From Octopus vulgaris (taxonomy: Eukaryota): DNA of 64,000 nucleotides. Each line of letters begins with the position of its first letter. Within the stretch, counting starts at the first letter, position 1. Below are positions 1-12,990 of the stretch, piece after piece. The position numbers were made by a program, and so were the translations under genes. A model generated the notes under the pieces. The model was not told where the DNA came from. It did no database searches and saw only the letters and a list, made by a program, of their open reading frames with translations. The DNA is taken from contig OX597816.1 of assembly GCA_951406725.2 (NCBI GenBank), positions 174,096,001 through 174,160,000 on the forward strand, in the 5' to 3' direction.

Positions 1-526
1 ACCATGCGGGTAGCCAGCTTCTGGACTCTTTCAAGATGATGTATGTCTTTGAGGAGATAAGGAGAAGAGGCTTGAATCTCGTACTCCAATATGGGTCTCA
101 CCAGCATGACATAGAGCATTAAGGCAAGGCAAACATCTCAAGTGATATACAATATTATAATGAAGAAATTCAAATCTTACAGCTGTTTCTGGGATATCCC
201 TGAGTATGGGATATTCCTTCATCAGAGACAAATAGAGGAAAAAAATATGGAAAATGAGAATGGTATATACCAATAAGATGACAACACAGAGGAAGGAGTA
301 AAAGAATAAGGAGACGGAAAGAGAGAAGGAAAAAGAAGCATAAAAGTTCATAGTCCAACTTTCCAAAGTTATAAAAACAAGAGTGCGAGTCCTTAGGTGC
401 AATCCTGCATAGATCCATGAGCGTAAGTCCTAGCATACCTAATTCATGAGTGTAAGTCCTAGTGTACCTAATTCTTTAGATCACCTGTGAACTAAACCCC
501 CATACTTTGTGTGTGTATATATATAT

Positions 527-830
527 GCGCAATAGCCCAGTGGTTAGGGCAGCGGACTCGCAGTTGTAATATCGCGGTTTCGATTCCCAGACCGGGTGTT
601 GTCAGTGTTTATTGAGCGTAAACACCCAAAGCCCCACGAGGCTCCGGCAGGGGGTGGTGGCGATCCGTCCTGTACTCTTTTGCCACAACTTTCTCTCACT
701 CTTTCCTCTGATGGCCTGCTCGCTTAGCCAGCGGGGTGGCATCACTTGAAGGCTAAAACAATGCAAAGCACATTGTGACCAGCGATGTGTAGCAATATCT
801 GATAGCCTGGTCGGTCACGGTCACGGTGAT
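527..830 (+). mobile_element. tRNA-derived SINE, family A head with an alternative 3' tail
   Basis: Head gcgcaatagcccagtggttagggcagcggactcg...gtttcgattccc (A/B boxes) matches the copies at 5294 and 15661. It diverges after about 705 and ends in (TA)n. Confidence 0.8.
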
Positions 831-1269
831 ATATATATATATATATAAAAATAGATAGATAAATAGATATTTAACTATAATTGTCACTAAACGTGACCAG
901 GGTGTTAGAAACACATACACTGCTAGAAATAAGTGTTAAAATGCTGTAATGCTGTAGTCAAAGCACATAATTGTATGCATATATACTGACAGGGACTCTA
1001 ATCATCTGAAAACACCTTTCAAGAATACGGAATTCTCGAATGACGTTTTTGGGCAATTACAGTCCATCAGTATATAAGTATACAATAATGTGGTTTGAGT
1101 ACAACATTAAAGCATTTTAGCTGTTACTTCTAGCCATGTAGTCACACTTCGTGAGGAGTCTAGTTTTCCTTTTTGGTGAAACATTGCAAACTGCTGCCTA
1201 CTTTAATTTTATTAATTGATTGATTGACAGACAGACAAACACACACCTATATATATATATATATATAGA

Positions 1270-1496
1270 CCGGAGTAAACACATAAATGTGAAACAAGGT
1301 GGAAAAAAGAGTACTCAAATACCAGTGGTAGAGTAATATGCTTTATTTTAAGCAGCAGAAAATTCAACAAAATCTGTTACTCTGAGTTTCTCGTTGCCGT
1401 TCATCAGACAGTTTTGCTAGAATGTTTTTGCCATTCTAGCAAAAACTGTCTGATGATATATATAACAGATTTTGTTAATTCTGCTCTTAAAATAAA

Positions 1497-1497
<1 letters not shown>
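1270..1497 (-). mobile_element. Short hammerhead-bearing PLE-type terminal module with an inverted partial copy
   Basis: 1270-1424 is the near-identical reverse complement of 40482-40638. 1431-1497 is an inverted partial copy. (TA)n lies on both sides. Confidence 0.8.
1374..1411 (-). ncRNA. Minimal type-I hammerhead ribozyme
   Basis: Minus strand reads ctgt-CTGATGA-a-cg-gcaa-cg-a-GAAA-ctcagag-TA-acag. Stem I is ctgt/acag and stem III is ctc/gag. Confidence 0.8.
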
Positions 1498-1549
<52 letters not shown>

Positions 1550-2633
1550 TATATATGTATGGGTGTCTGTGTGTGAGCATGTACACATACATGGCCATCT
1601 ATATTAGATAGATATAGAAAGCAGCAGAGAAGAAAATAAATAATGATAATTCTAGGGGATCCTTCCTAATTTTCAGTATAAATATGTGTTCTTAGGTTGA
1701 AAAATATTTAAAAAATAAGAAAAACACTGAATGGTGGATAATTGGAAGGAAAAATTTTAGAAGATATTTTACATTTCTGTTGCAAATGAGCTTCTAAATG
1801 CTAAAATAAATTCTTCATTTCTTATATGTTCCTGCATGGATTATGACAGGAGAACAATTAGAGGCATCTAACAAGACTTTGCTGATAAATCTAAAAAGCA
1901 AGTGAATATCAAACAGATGTTCTTAACTGCTTGAAAAGCTTTCAAATATAGAATATTTGGTCCCATGTTCATCAATAGCAAGTCCAATTCCACCAACATT
2001 TAAAAAATTTTATAATGCCCAAGACAATCATTAATGTCTCCACTCAGTCAAAACAAGAGAACACCATTAAGAACCTTTCCAGCTCAAAGATATTCTTTCT
2101 CTGTTAGTTGATTTTGTTCATTACCACCATATTTTGTTGTGTATATTGCCTGTAGCTGCAATCTATGTGAAGGATAGGATGGATGAAGTGAAGTATTCTG
2201 TTTTGTGCAGACGAAGCAATCAAATCTTTTAAAATTATTCTTCACTGTCACATATTGCTAGTTTATTTTCCTTCACAAAGTGTGTCAAAATGAACATTTT
2301 CAGTCCACCGTATACACAGAAATGCTATCAATCTTATTAGGTAAGGACTAAAATCTATTGATTGCACTGATTGGAGGATTAGTAAAGATAGTGTTGGTTG
2401 TGTATCTAATAATAGTGGAGTTGCTAGGTTGCTAGTTATCAGGAATGATGAAGGTATTCTTTGATGCATGTATGACATGTGGTGTTGGTGGAGCAGTGAA
2501 AAGTGGACAGTGAATGTAGGAAATAACTAGTGGCTGAAGTGGAATGAATTTAAAATAATCCACCTGATGTGTAATAAGAATCTAAAATATACATGTACAC
2601 ACACATGCACATAATTGTATGCATCTATGTATG

Positions 2634-2679
<46 letters not shown>

Positions 2680-2719
2680 TAAATATATACATGCATATAT
2701 GCATATACATAATATGTAC

Positions 2720-2760
<41 letters not shown>

Positions 2761-4181
2761 TATACAATCATCATCATTTAAAGTCCATTTTCTATGCTGG
2801 CATAGGTTGAATGGTTTGACTGAAAACTGGTTAGCTAGGGGCTGCTATATATATATATATATATATATATACATGCATGTACATATATATGTATGCATAA
2901 TGTACATATATATGTATGCATAATGTATGTATGAATATATATATATATATTACAGGATGCATAAGGTATTTAAGGTCATACCTTTTTGGGGTCATTGTGG
3001 CATCCCAGTGGGTTTAAGTGTGTTCAGAAATTCAACAGGGCATTGAACAACCTTGTCTTGATTGACTGTTGTCAGTTGATTAAAAAGACATTTCTGATGT
3101 ATCTGTTAACTTTTGAAGAAGTGAATGATTGAGTTTATCAACCATTTCATTAGTTGTATGAGTGCAGATAGCATGGTAGTATTGAAGGTGCTGACATGTG
3201 GGGTCGTGTCCAGTTCTGCTTTGAATATATCTTTTATTGTGATAGATGCCTTTTATCCTGGCATTATTCTCCTCAAGATTCCATTACATGCAAGAGAGAT
3301 GTAGGTTACTATGAAGGAGGAAGAGCATCAATTAACTACAATGTGAAAAACCATGGAAAGATTCATTCCATGCTCAGAATATCTTTGCAAGAGCATATCT
3401 GAAATGAGATAATTCAAGAACAAAGCAAAGTAAACAACATGATAGCAGAATTCTGAAAGCACAAATTCCACTGGGTCAGACATATTGCAAAGTTCATTGA
3501 CAAGGAATGGACCCATGCAGTCATCAAATGGTATCCAAAATGTTGGAAAAGGCTACTCGTAAGACCTCCATGATGATGGAAAGACAGCAGTGGATAAATA
3601 ACAACATCACATAGTCTGGTCGATACAGTGATATATAAATATGCATTTGCATGTATGCATCATATACGTGTGTATATATCATATGTACATATACATATAT
3701 TTTAATTCTTTTATGCTGAAGCTTATAAATGCATATAAATACTGGGTTGATAATCCATTTTGGATAGAAATAGTAAAAGGCACTTATGTGCTTCAAGATC
3801 GAATTCCAAAAAGGAATTAATTCATGTTCTCTTGATAGTTTATAAATTCTTATGATGTCAGCAACACACAGGCCTTGCTGGTAAGAATAAAGTTTTTAAA
3901 ATGGATAGAGAAATTCAAAGGATTGCTTAGGTCCAATGGTAGAATGTCTGTTCATGTCCACAGGAAAAATTCAACATTTTCTATCCAAAAGTGTTTTTTA
4001 ACCCAATATTTATATGTTATTATATTTATAGCATTTACGTGCTTCGAGATCCAATTTCAAAACAGAATTAATTCACACTCTCTCAAAAGTTTATAAAAAT
4101 TCTTATGACATCAACAACATACATATGTATCCACACACACACACATGTTTTATGGTTTTCAAGCATAGCAATATTAATAAC

Positions 4182-4340
4182 CAGGAGTGGCTGTGTGGTA
4201 AGTAGCTTGCTAACCAACCACATGGTTGCGGGTTCAGTCCCACTGCGTGGCATCTTGGGCAAGTGTCTTCTGCTATAGCCCCAGGCCGACCAATGCCTTG
4301 TGAGTGGATTTGGTAGACGGAAACTGAAAGAAGCCTGTCG

Positions 4341-4379
<39 letters not shown>

Positions 4380-4593
4380 TTGTGTGTCTGTGTTTGTCCC
4401 CCTAGCATTGCTTGACAACCGATGCTGGTGTGTTTACGTCCCTGTCACTTAGCGGTTCGGCAAAAGAGACCGATAGAATAAATACTGGGCTTACAAAGAA
4501 TAAGTCCCGGGGTCGATTTGATCGACTAAAGGCAGTGCACCAGCATGGCCGCAGTCAAATGACTGAAACAAGTAAAAGAGTAAAGAGTAAAGA
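4182..4593 (+). mobile_element. tRNA-derived SINE family B (internal TA/TG microsatellite)
   Basis: caggagtggctgtgtggtaag...gggttcagtccc head, a CORE-like cttgggcaagtg segment and a ...gactgaaacaagtaaaagag tail. Many copies occur in the window. Confidence 0.9.
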
Positions 4594-5293
4594 GTTGTTA
4601 GAACTCAATATATGTATGCTTTAGAGCAAAGTAGTAGGTGAGTACAGATCTAGAAACTATATTGAAAAAGAATACTAATGGCAGTTCTTTTCAAAGTTAC
4701 AACATTCCATAGAATTACTGTTTATATTTGTTTCCTATAATGCTTAGCAGATGAGAAATACAATCTGGCAGTAAATAGAATGTGATCTATTACAAGGAGC
4801 TTTTACTGTTTGAGAAATTGTATTGTAGAGTGGAACCATTATGTTGTAGCTAGTTGAGAGCTGAGCAACTTGACCCGTAGACACAACACATGTATGAGCT
4901 GCTGACCCCTCAGCTCATTGTGAATATCACCACTTTAGACAGTCATACATTCTAAAGACTGAGGAAGGGTAATACAGAGATATTAAATCTGGCAGCAGCA
5001 ATTTTACCTATGCTAGTTTGGTGGTGACTTGGTTATTGCGCAAATGGTGGTGTTGGTGGGTGTGATAGTAGTTGTGTTAGTATGGTGGTGGTGTTAGCAG
5101 TGATGGTATCAATTGTACTTCTGTCTGTGTTAATGGTGCTGCTATTGTAATGGTGCTGCTATAGTAAGGGTAGCAACATTGCTGTCAATTACAATATTCT
5201 TGTCTGTTATTCTTAGTGGGTGCCTTTCTGATTTGCTTTGTAGCACTCAAAAGAAATAAAGAATAATTGTATTTGAAGAGTTTGTTGTAATTA

Positions 5294-5682
5294 GTGGAGG
5301 CGCAATGGCCCAGTGGTTAGGGCAGCGGACTCGCAGTTGTAATATGGATCGCGGTTTCGATTCCCAGACCGGGCGTTGTGAGTGTTTATTGAGCGAAAAC
5401 ACCTAAAGCTCCACGAGGCTCCGGCAGGGGATGGTGGTGATCCCTGCTGTACTCTTTTACCACAACTTTCTCTCACTCTTACTTCCTGTTTCTGTTGTAC
5501 CTGTACTTCAAAGGGCTGGCCTTGTCACACTCTGTGTCACGCTGAATATCCCCGAGAACTACGTTAAGGGTACACATGTTTGTGGAGTGCCCAGCCACTT
5601 ACACGTTAATTTCACGAGCAGGTTGTTCCGTTGATTCGGATCAACCGGAACCCTCGTCGTCATAACCGACGGAGTGCTTCCA
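5294..5682 (+). mobile_element. tRNA-derived SINE family A, full length
   Basis: A box tggcccagtgg and B box gtttcgattcc. TSD tgttgtaatt at 5283-5292 and 5683-5692. Confidence 0.9.
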
Positions 5683-6235
5683 TGTTGTAATTGTTATGTT
5701 TAGCTCCAATTCTATTCGAATCAAGTAGACTTATGATTGAAATCATTTCAGCCATAAACATGCTGCTTTTTAGGAGGAAACAAAGATTACATTATAGATT
5801 ATGTCCCTCCTGCATTAAGACAGTGGAGTCTGATTTGATGGAGAATTAACTGGTTGAGTCACTGTGTAATGGTTGCTTATAGGGGTGCCTTGCCTCTGTG
5901 ACATTGCTAGCATTATTATCTTTATTGTAATAGGATATTTTATATATTATTACAGTGGCAGTAGAGCTCAAAGTTTTGATAGGCTATAAACTTGTGTGCA
6001 TTTTCCAGATTACTGTTGTTGTAGCAACTTGTTTCTTTTAATACTTGATGGCAAGTTTTTTCAAAGCCTCAGTTCCCTCAGCTATGATGATCAGGAAACC
6101 TTTCTTTTGGATTAAATTGAATTGGCCGAGTATTCTATGTTAGGCATTCATCCATGTAAGGCTGATCTGCACCAATCATGCCATTTTAGATTTATGTTTC
6201 ATGTAACACTCCATGCATCTATGCAGCTCTCTTAA

Positions 6236-6454
6236 CCCTTTAGTATTTAAACTGGCCATATCTGGCCAAAATAGCTAATCTGTTTTATGTTCAAACTGAC
6301 CAGATCCAGGCTCTCACACCTACCCTACAATGTTATTCTACATTAAGTAATTACACCATCAAGATCTTGAAGATATGCGATAATGCATGATTAATCCAAA
6401 TCAATGGGAATCAATAGGCATTATGTTTGATTGAATAATCTGAACACTAAAGGG
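6236..6454. mobile_element. piggyBac-type MITE, family 1
   Basis: TTAA|ccctttagt...actaaaggg|TTAA. A second partial copy lies at 58154-58369. Confidence 0.8.
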
Positions 6455-6858
6455 TTAAATAAGTAGGAAACAGGTACTGTTCACACTTGCTTGCTGTCTT
6501 ATAGAACACACATAAGCCCAAGATTTTATTTTCATAGCTTACAAAGAGTAATTAAAAATTTGTATTCTTTTCTTTGATAAAATAATTGCACTGAATCCTT
6601 GTTGGCTCAAAAGACATCCTCCAGGAAACTGTCCAGTTTTCATACCAACATTTTAAATCAAGTTAGCTATTACAAGGTCACCCTAACATGCTAATAATAA
6701 AATCATTTCAGAAAATTAAGAACAAATATGGAACAAGTATTGAACCTTGTTAAATCTGGATTATGGATTATGGATGGGTAATGAATGAAGATTCATCTGA
6801 AAGAATGATCTTAATGGTTCTCCCATTAAGGTTGCTCACCAAACAGTTACATAATAAA

Positions 6859-7254
6859 CTAGCAGTATCGCCCGGCGTTGCTCGGGTTTGTAAGGGAAAT
6901 AACTATATAAGCATTTTTAGAGATGTAAAGTATAATAGCCATCTCAATATGGCTAACCACAAAAGGGGGTGGTTACTGTGGCTTTTTACATTCTGAGATT
7001 TAATAATACATTTTTAGAGAGTTACTTCCCTTATATAATAGCAAAAAAATACATTAAAAATGGGAAAAATTGATGGTAAATTTTATTTTAAATCGTAGAC
7101 TCATCGTAGACGCGCGCTAATACCCAGAAGGGCTCGATATGAATCACGACTATAAGATACCCGGTTTTGGTTAAACTGCACCGCAAAATGTGGGAGTAGT
7201 TAGGAATCTAAATCGTAGGAGACAGACACACAACTTCACTTTTATTTATAAAGA
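6859..7254 (-). mobile_element. Non-autonomous Helitron, family 1
   Basis: Minus strand has an A|TC 5' end, a subterminal hairpin cccgagcaacgccggg and a CTAG|T 3' end. Confidence 0.8.
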
Positions 7255-7488
7255 TTTCCCAAGATTCCTTTGAATATCAACTTGACTGAGTTCATTGCAT
7301 CAAACAATTAAAACCCAATAATGTTCTGGGCTATGACACATATTTCCTAACCTACAGTTAAGAAATTGTCTTATTTATAAGAAAATAACAAAGGTTTGCT
7401 GTACTGGGGTTTGATTGGTGCCAGGTTATTCCTCTGAAATGAATTGCTAAAGATGACTTGTTTGCTGCTGCTCAGAGATGAGTGGAAT

Positions 7489-7532
<44 letters not shown>

Positions 7533-7637
7533 ACACACACACACATATATATATAGGAAGAGAGAGGAAGTGAGAGAGTCAGGGAAGAAAGAAGTTATAT
7601 CATTGTCTTCCCTTCTCGGGATCTTTCCTTCTCCTAT

Positions 7638-7672
7638 GTTTCCGACGAAGAGCTCTGCTCGAAACGTCAAAC
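7638..7672 (+). ncRNA. Minimal hammerhead ribozyme, variant core
   Basis: gttt-CCGACGA-a-gagc-tct-gctc-GAAA-cg-TC-aaac. The core has C instead of U at the second position. Confidence 0.65.
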
Positions 7673-7765
7673 CCTCCTTCTTCCCTTCTTTCCTGAGCAT
7701 CCAATAATACTTTATTTGTTCCACGTCCTTGCGTTATTGTCTTTTTGTTTTCTTGTTTGGATTAA

Positions 7766-7816
<51 letters not shown>

Positions 7817-8125
7817 CAATATCATCACACTTTTTAATTCATTTTTTTTTCAAGCAGGCTACCTGATTGAATACTTGTAGCATAAAAGGAGCAATGCATC
7901 AACTGCTTCCCCAAAATATAATTCTAAATAATTATATACTTATTATATAATTATATAATTTAGATCTACTAAATGTATTTGTAAGTCCTGATTAGTCAAT
8001 GTTACAATCTTGCCTGTACATGCACACATATTTCGAAATATAATCAAAACAAACACCTTTCATATCCAAGAATATCTAAGCACAAAAACACTATATATAC
8101 ATGTATATGTATATATCTGTGTGTC

Positions 8126-8184
<59 letters not shown>

Positions 8185-8187
<3 letters not shown>

Positions 8188-8382
8188 CCCCATGCCGGTG
8201 GCACGTAAAATGCACCCACTACACTCTCGGCGTAGTTGACGTTAGGAAGGGCATCCAGCTGTAGAAACTCTGCCAAATCAAGATTGGAGCTTGGTGCAGC
8301 CATCTGGTTCGCCAGCCCTCAGTCAAAATCGTCCAACCCATGCTTGCATGGAAAGCGGATGTTAAACGATGATGATGATGAT
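8185..8382 (+). mobile_element. RTE-clade LINE 3' end (5'-truncated), (GAT)n tail
   Basis: ggcacgtaaaa...gttaggaagggcatccagctgtagaaac...gatgatgat. This is the same 3'UTR as 8821-9412. Confidence 0.8.
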
Positions 8383-8440
8383 GTATTGAGTACTCCTTTC
8401 TTTTGTATACATGTGTATGTGTGAGTAAGTATATATATAT

Positions 8441-8781
8441 CATCATCATCATCGTTTAACATCCGTTCTCCATGCTAGCATGGGTTGGACGGTTCGACCG
8501 GGGATCTGGGAAGCCAGAAGGCTGCACCAGGCTCCAGTTTCTACAGGCAACGTTTCTACAGCTGGATGCCCTTCCTAACGCCAACCACTCCGTAAGTGTA
8601 GTGGGTGCTTTTTATGTGCCACCTGCACTGGTGCCAGGCGAGGCTGGCAATGGCCACGGTCGGATTGGTGCATTCTACGTGCCACCGGCATGGAAGCCAG
8701 TCGAGGCGGCACTGGCTTCGGCCACGATTCGGATGGTGCTTTTTACATGCCACCGGCACGGAAGCCAGTCGAGGCGGGGCT

Positions 8782-8785
<4 letters not shown>
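8441..8785 (-). mobile_element. RTE-clade LINE 3' end (5'-truncated)
   Basis: (CAT)n on + followed by the family 3'UTR with three gtgccaccggcac-type repeats. Confidence 0.8.
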
Positions 8786-8820
<35 letters not shown>

Positions 8821-8824
<4 letters not shown>

Positions 8825-9742
8825 TCATCATCATCGTTTAGCGTCCGTTTTCCATGCTAGCATGGGTTGGACGGTTCTACTGGGATCTGTGAAGCCAGAG
8901 GGCTTCATCAGGCCCAGTCAAATCTGGTAGTGTTTCTACGGCTGGATGCCCTTCCTAACGCCAACCACTCCGTGAGTGTAGTGGGTGCTTTTTACGTGCC
9001 ACCCGCACAGGTGCCAGACAGAGCTGGCAAACGGCCACGAATGGATGGTGCTTTTTATGTGCCACCGGCACGAGGGCCAGGCGAGGCTGGCAACGGACAC
9101 GAAACGGGGCGGTGCTGGCAACGGTCGCAAAACGGAAGGTTCTCTTACATGCCACCGGCACTGGTAACACATCTGCAATTTCCATTGATCGATTTCGATT
9201 CTGATCCTCACTTGCCTCAACGGGTCTTCACAAGTAGAGTTTCGACATGCCACCGGCACTGGTAACTCATCTGCAATTTCCATTGATCGATTTCGATTCT
9301 GATCCTCACTTGCCTCAACAGGTCTTCACAAGTAGAGTTTTGTGTCCCAAGAAGGGAAGGTATGCATACGTAGGCTGGCTCCATCCCATGTAGAAGGCCA
9401 CGGGTTATGGACTCACTTGTCCTGCCGGGTCTTCTTGCGCACAGCACACTTCCAGAGGTCTCGGTCTCTAGTCATTTCCTCAGTGAGACCTAAAGTTCGA
9501 AGGTCGTGCTTCACCACCTCGTCCCAGGTTTTCCTGGGTCTGCCTCTTCCACAGGTTCCCACAACCGCTAGGATGTGGCACTTTTTCACACAACTATCTT
9601 CATCCATTCTCGCCACATGACCATACCAGCGCAAACGTCTCTCTTGCACACCACAACTGATGCTTCTTAGGTCCAGCTTTTCACTCAAGGTACTTACACT
9701 CTGCCGAGTATGAGTACTGACATTACACATCCATCGGAGCAT
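8821..9742 (-). mobile_element. RTE-clade LINE 3' fragment (ORF C-terminus, 3'UTR and tail)
   Basis: MLRWMC...RLRWYGHVARMDEDSCVKKC...GRGRPRKTWDEVVKHDL...DRDLWK is a typical RTE C-terminus and ends at 9413. The UTR contains an internal tandem duplication of about 100 bp (9147-9340). Confidence 0.9.
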
Positions 9743-9918
9743 ACATATATACAAACACACACTCACATGTGAAGCACATGGCCGAGTGGTTAGGCTGCTG
9801 CACTCACAATTGTTAGAATGTGAGTTCAATTCCCAGACCGGACAGTGCATTGTGATCAGTAATGTGTAACATCTGATAGTCAGGTTGGTCATGCATATAT
9901 ATATATATATATATATAT

Positions 9919-10090
9919 AGGCGCAGGTGCAGCTGTGTGGTAAGAAGCTTGCTTTCCAACCACATGGTTCCCGGTTCAGTCCCACCGCATGGCACTCTGG
10001 CTGTCTTCTACTATAGCCTCATGCTGACCAAAGCCTTGTGAGTGGATTTGGTAGATGGAAACTGAAAGAAGCCCGTCATGTATGTATGTA

Positions 10091-10136
<46 letters not shown>

Positions 10137-10340
10137 GGTGTTTGTCCCCCATCACTGCTTGACAACCAGTGCTGGTGTGTTTATGTCCCCATAACTTAGT
10201 GGTTCAGCACAAGAGACTGATAGATTAAGTGCCAGGTTTCAAAAAATAAGTACTGGGGTTGATACATTCAACTAAAATTTCAAGGTGATACCCCAGCATG
10301 GCCACAGTCAAATGACTGAAACAAGTAAAAAGACAAAAAG
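9919..10340 (+). mobile_element. SINE family B, diverged copy
   Basis: Colinear with 4182-4593. Confidence 0.85.
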
Positions 10341-10350
10341 ATTATAATTA

Positions 10351-11377
10351 TCTTTATTATATATATAAAACTGAGAATGTGTGTCTGTCTGTCTGTCTGT
10401 CTGCATGTTTCCCTAAAACTTGAGAACTACACAACCAATTTCATTCAAATTTTACACATGCCTTACTTAGGGTCCATGTAGTTTCATGGGCAAAAAAAAA
10501 ATGTTCGACTTCTTGCCTAAAGCGAGCCCATAGCAATATCATATCTTCTCCACTATTTCAGTATTATGTGTTAAAAGTGAAACAAAAATGTTTCTCTATT
10601 TTATGTCACTTTAACAATAAAAATAATAACAATTGAATTATATGTAGTAAGTAATAATTAAATTCAAACTAAAGTATAATATAATCGTAACATAACAAAA
10701 GTAAAAATAGCAATTGGTATAAAATTGCATCAATGATTTGAACTTGAATAAGTGGTTTCACATGAATGGGAATAAATTAAAAATAAAATTAGCGTACAGA
10801 AATGGAATAGTCCAGATGGATAATAAAAAATTAAATTAAAGAAAAGATTATTGTCTATAAAGTATACAATGTAGAGAAAAAAGATTTGCACACATGGAGG
10901 AAAGCACCTTCGAAAAGTGTCTTGGTGTGACTATGAAAGGTATCTAATCAGAGGCGGTAAATTCGCCACGATAGAAGCAAGGTTTGAGTCAACGGAGCAT
11001 GCAAGGGAGTACTCGACTCGAACTTGCAAAGTGGAAATATTTTATTTTTACCTTTATATCTGGGACGTAGGACGTGCCGGAAACAAATTTAAAATGCCCC
11101 ACCCCCACCCGCCCCCGAAGTAGAGGTAGGCTGGATTGTAGCCACACTTCTAAACAAGAGGGAGGACAAGATACAATTGATCGAAATTACAAGAGACAGG
11201 GCCTACAATTCCAGTCTGTTATATATTTTGAGTATTGTTATCACTAGCGATATCAAGATATAACTTTTGTATTTTGTATTTTATGTGTAGATGTATATAT
11301 ATAAATGTACACATATATATACACATATATACATGCACTAGCACTATGACCCGGCAACGATGGGTCTTTAATGCTAG
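10351..11377 (+). mobile_element. Non-autonomous Helitron, family 2 (internally deleted)
   Basis: A|TC start, (GTCT)n near the 5' end, 3' hairpin gacccggcaacgatgggtc and CTAG|T. Homologous to 33768-35475. Confidence 0.85.
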
Positions 11378-11489
11378 TATATATATATATCACCTATTGT
11401 AATGGAGACAGCCATTAACAATGTCCTTCTCTGACATCTTGAATCTACCTCACTCAGAAATCAAAATGGTAGACATTAATGACTACCAT

Positions 11490-12130
11490 TTTGATTCCTG
11501 GTTTACATAGATCCAGATTTACTAGTAACCTGCTCTATTGTTATCTGCTAGTGGGGCTCTTGTCTTAAAGGAATTCGGTTAAAGTCATGTTGACATCCTT
11601 AACTTACATCAGTAAAGCTGTCCACCATATCTGGCACACCAAAGCTTCCTGCCTCTGGGTTCCACCATCTCTCATCTCTTGAACCAACAGCTTCATATCA
11701 GATTACACTATGCCATATATGCTGCTACAGCCTTTTCTGCCTCTCATTCTATCAGCTTCAATGTAGCCCTGAGTTTGGTTTTATCTGTTGTTCTCTTCCT
11801 TCTGTGTCAATGACTTACTTGCTACCGTATTCAACAACACTCATTCTTATGCAGATAATATTACTCTTCATTCCACCTTGACACTCTTCAACCATATATT
11901 ATCTACTTATAACCTAGACACCATGTCAAACACATGCTAACCCCATGAACAGAGACCTTAAAAGCATCCTCCAATGGGAATATACCAATTTTGTTTCAGA
12001 AGCGAGAAAGCACATTTCAAGAAAACATCATTGCATCACATAATTATTCTTTAATCGTGAGCAGCACTCAATTAAAAAATGCTCAAAATTGCTCCGATTA
12101 TTAGGTTTTACTACCACTAAGGATCTCTCA
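11490..12130 (+). mobile_element. Decayed non-LTR reverse transcriptase (CR1/Jockey group)
   Basis: Broken motifs resembling KAFD.VWH, LF....NDL and SYADN. Similar to 29080-30180. Confidence 0.55.
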
Positions 12131-12259
12131 GTGGGAAAAAAAACATAGGGAAAAAAACATAGGACTCCCTATTGTCCTCAAAGGAGTAGCCACATGTAGT
12201 ATGTTGAAAGGGAGTAGGTATAAATTCTATTTAGTATACCCAATGGATGCACAAGAGAT

Positions 12260-12990
12260 GTAGTGGAACCATAGGCAGGCTGAGAGAAAAGGAAGACTTC
12301 ATATGTAACAGATTCAATGAAGTAGTAAGAGTTGGAACATCCATGAAATAAGTTCTTTCAGATGCTCAGAAAACTCTAAAGAAGTAATGAGAACAATTAT
12401 TTCTTAAATAGTAGAAGCTATCAAGATGGAAATGGGTGCACCAAAATCATAGTAACTAGAATAAGAACAGAATGGGAAAAGTTTAGAGAGCTGTTACTTC
12501 TGCTGATAACATAGGGAATTTCCATGTAAGTGAAGGGTAGATTGCATGATGTTAATGTGAAAAGTACAATGTTGCATGTAAGTAAAACATAAGCATTTAA
12601 TGCAGAAGATATATGAAGGATGGGAAAGAAATGAGATGTGTGTGTTCCATTGGGTATGTAAAGTTCAGTGAACATGAACGATTGCATGCAAAAGACCTGA
12701 GAGAAAAACTAGATACCAGAGGAATCAAACGAAGTGTGCAAAAGAAGAGATTTCACAGACAAGTAATGCATTTAGCAAATGTCAGTTGGATAAAGAAACT
12801 CCTAACAATCCAAGTAAAAGGAACCGACCAAAAAAGAAACAAGGAAGACATGGGACGAAGTAGGAAAGATTGAATTCATGAGGCTGGACATCACATACAA
12901 GATGATGAGGGACAGCAATAAGTGGCAAGATGCTGAGCTAGAGAAGATGTGTCTAACTCATGCATGGAAAATGGATACAAATGTGATGGT
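12260..12990 (+). mobile_element. Decayed RTE LINE 3' region
   Basis: LREKLDTRGIKRSVQKKR and related peptides parallel the 9413-9742 ORF. It ends in an (ATG)n-like tail. Confidence 0.65.

Noticed and set aside
1404-2923. YIYI/HTHT-rich ORFs here and throughout the window
   Set aside because: They are translations of (TA)n and (CA)n microsatellites.
3775-4120. Two diverged tandem segments with a GAAG-cacg-TA motif on the minus strand (possible old ribozyme module)
   Set aside because: No 5' core was found and the sequence is too degenerate to call.
5294-5370. tRNA gene
   Set aside because: It is the tRNA-like head of a repeated SINE with TSDs and has no complete cloverleaf.
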